This document shows, in pieces, positions 14,025-15,128 of a stretch of DNA of 15,128 nt. The notes below the pieces were generated by a model. It saw only the letters and a list, made by a program, of their open reading frames with translations, did no database searches and was not told the origin of the DNA. The stretch comes from a virus (lineage: Duplodnaviria; Heunggongvirae; Uroviricota; Caudoviricetes): IMG/VR virus record IMGVR_UViG_3300021388_000002; one strand, 5' to 3'. Position 1 is the first letter of the stretch. Each line of letters starts with the position of its first letter. The position numbers and the translations under genes were made by a program.

Positions 14025-14536
14025 ACCTTGTGACCAGCCTGGGCCCCGTGCCCGTTACCGCGTTCCGGGGGGAGCACTGGTTCCTGGCTAACCCGTGCGC
14101 CTGCCCGGTGGCGTTCGAGGGCATCCTGTACCCGTCCGCCGAGCACGCTTTCCAGGCCGCCAAGACCCTGGACCAGGACACGCGCCGGGGCATTGCCGCG
14201 CTGGCGGACTGGCGCCAGGCCAAGCAGGCCGGGCGGGCGCTGGTGCTGCGGCCCGGCTGGAACGGGCTGCGCCGCGCCGTCATGCTGCAGATTGTGCTGG
14301 ACAAGTTCACCCGCAGCCCAGAGCTGCGCACCCGGCTCGCCGCTACCGGCCGGGCGGTGCTGCTGGAGGGCAATTCCTGGGGCGACACTGACTGGGGCGC
14401 CGTCCTGTCCGGGCACCCGGCGTGGTCCGCGGAGCTGCCCTGGTGGCATACCCAGGGCGCTGTCTGGGCCGGGCACAACTGGCTCGGGTTCACCCTCATG
14501 GTCGTGCGGGACGTGCTGGACCCGGACGCGGCATGA
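14021..14536 (+). CDS. NADAR-family (YbiA-like) N-glycosidase / ADP-ribosylhydrolase
   Basis: FRGEHWFLAN, YPSAEHAFQAAK, KFTRSPELRTRLAATG, LLEGNSWGDTDWG, GHNWLGFTLMVVR: all NADAR blocks are present. Confidence 0.92.
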   Translation: MNLVTSLGPVPVTAFRGEHWFLANPCACPVAFEGILYPSAEHAFQAAKTLDQDTRRGIAALADWRQAKQAGRALVLRPGWNGLRRAVMLQIVLDKFTRSPELRTRLAATGRAVLLEGNSWGDTDWGAVLSGHPAWSAELPWWHTQGAVWAGHNWLGFTLMVVRDVLDPDAA

Positions 14537-14715
14537 GCGAGAGCGCCGAACCGGCCCCGCGCTGCAACCCGCTGCTGCCTAGTGCCCACTCGCCCGTGCC
14601 GCATGATTACGCGGTTACTGACACCGAATACGGCGACCTGGGCTCCGGCGGCTCGTATGAGGTGCTGGAATGCCAGGCGTGCCAGCGCATCGCGTACCGG
14701 CCGCTGCCGGACTGA
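14533..14715 (+). CDS. Small Cys/His-containing hypothetical protein, 60 aa
   Basis: ATGA-coupled; C...H....H...CQAC pattern. Confidence 0.65.
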   Translation: MSESAEPAPRCNPLLPSAHSPVPHDYAVTDTEYGDLGSGGSYEVLECQACQRIAYRPLPD

Positions 14716-15128
14716 TGGCCCCGGAGACTCACCCGGCCGGTCTCATGGAGACCCTGGGGCAGCAGGAGGCCCGCGGGCGGCGGTGGTGGCGCCAGGTGGC
14801 CCGCGGGCTGGGCTGGGCTGCGCTGATGATCGCGTTCGCCGCCGCGGGGGTGCTCGTGGTCACGCACTTCGTCCCGCACGCGCGGGTCAGCCCCTGGGTG
14901 GTGCTCGGGCCGACGTTCGCGCTGTGCGGCCTGCTGGTCATCGCCCTGCTGCGCAGCCCGCCCGCGTCCCCGGCCGCGGCTGAGCAGGTGGTGCCCGCCC
15001 AGACCGAGTACCGGACCTGGTATGAGATCACCCCGGACGAGCTGCCCGCCCGGCTCGGCATCGGTGTCCCGGAGGGCGGCCAGGTGCACCTGGAGCACGT
15101 CAGCGCCACCAGCAAGCGGGTGACAGTG
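14715..15128 (+). CDS. Membrane protein (3'-partial; not in the ORF track)
   Basis: TGATG overlap at 14713-14717; frame open to the window end; two TM segments (GLGWAALMIAFAAAGVLVV; PWVVLGPTFALCGLLVIALL). Confidence 0.7.
   Translation, partial: MAPETHPAGLMETLGQQEARGRRWWRQVARGLGWAALMIAFAAAGVLVVTHFVPHARVSPWVVLGPTFALCGLLVIALLRSPPASPAAAEQVVPAQTEYRTWYEITPDELPARLGIGVPEGGQVHLEHVSATSKRVTV

Larger units (their letters stand above)
1..15128. mobile_element. Interior of a phage-like / conjugative actinobacterial mobile element
   Basis: No housekeeping genes; dense coupled micro-genes; TerS-like, orphan methyltransferase, HNH, J-domain, NADAR and SLOG genes together with a TraB-like translocase. Ends, integrase and replicase are not visible. 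Confidence 0.7.

Noticed and set aside
2338-14526. Scattered GACCCGG(A) octamers as a possible TraB clt locus
   Set aside because: The copies are dispersed inside coding sequence, not clustered in a non-coding array, and are expected at this GC content.
1-15128. tRNA, rRNA, CRISPR array, integrase or att site
   Set aside because: No cloverleaf, repeat-spacer periodicity or recombinase motifs were seen by eye.

Overview
High-GC, actinobacterial-type accessory DNA from a mobile element (prophage, phage-plasmid or integrative conjugative element; no integrase or replicase lies in the window). About 30 mostly short genes are packed with ATGA/GTGA 4-nt overlaps at 15 junctions. Left block (+): partial DEDDh exoribonuclease, a membrane-anchored FtsK/SpoIIIE (TraB-like) translocase, a downstream operon with two genes apparently built from pieces of that translocase, an XRE regulator, a SLOG/DprA-like protein, small membrane proteins and a membrane-anchored HNH nuclease. 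Middle: a secreted Ig-like/ricin-like protein behind a possibly structured leader, a terminator hairpin, a beta-propeller glycosidase-like protein and a beta-rich partner. Right: a short minus-strand unit (membrane protein, orphan C5 methyltransferase), a divergent promoter region, then phage-type genes (J-domain protein, terminase-small-subunit-like protein with no large subunit after it, NADAR). The most novel-looking signal is that 3041-4305 repeats the translocase's pre-ATPase domain and its C-terminal winged helix (twice) with no ATPase or membrane anchor. All family calls are from motif recognition by eye; no searches were run.
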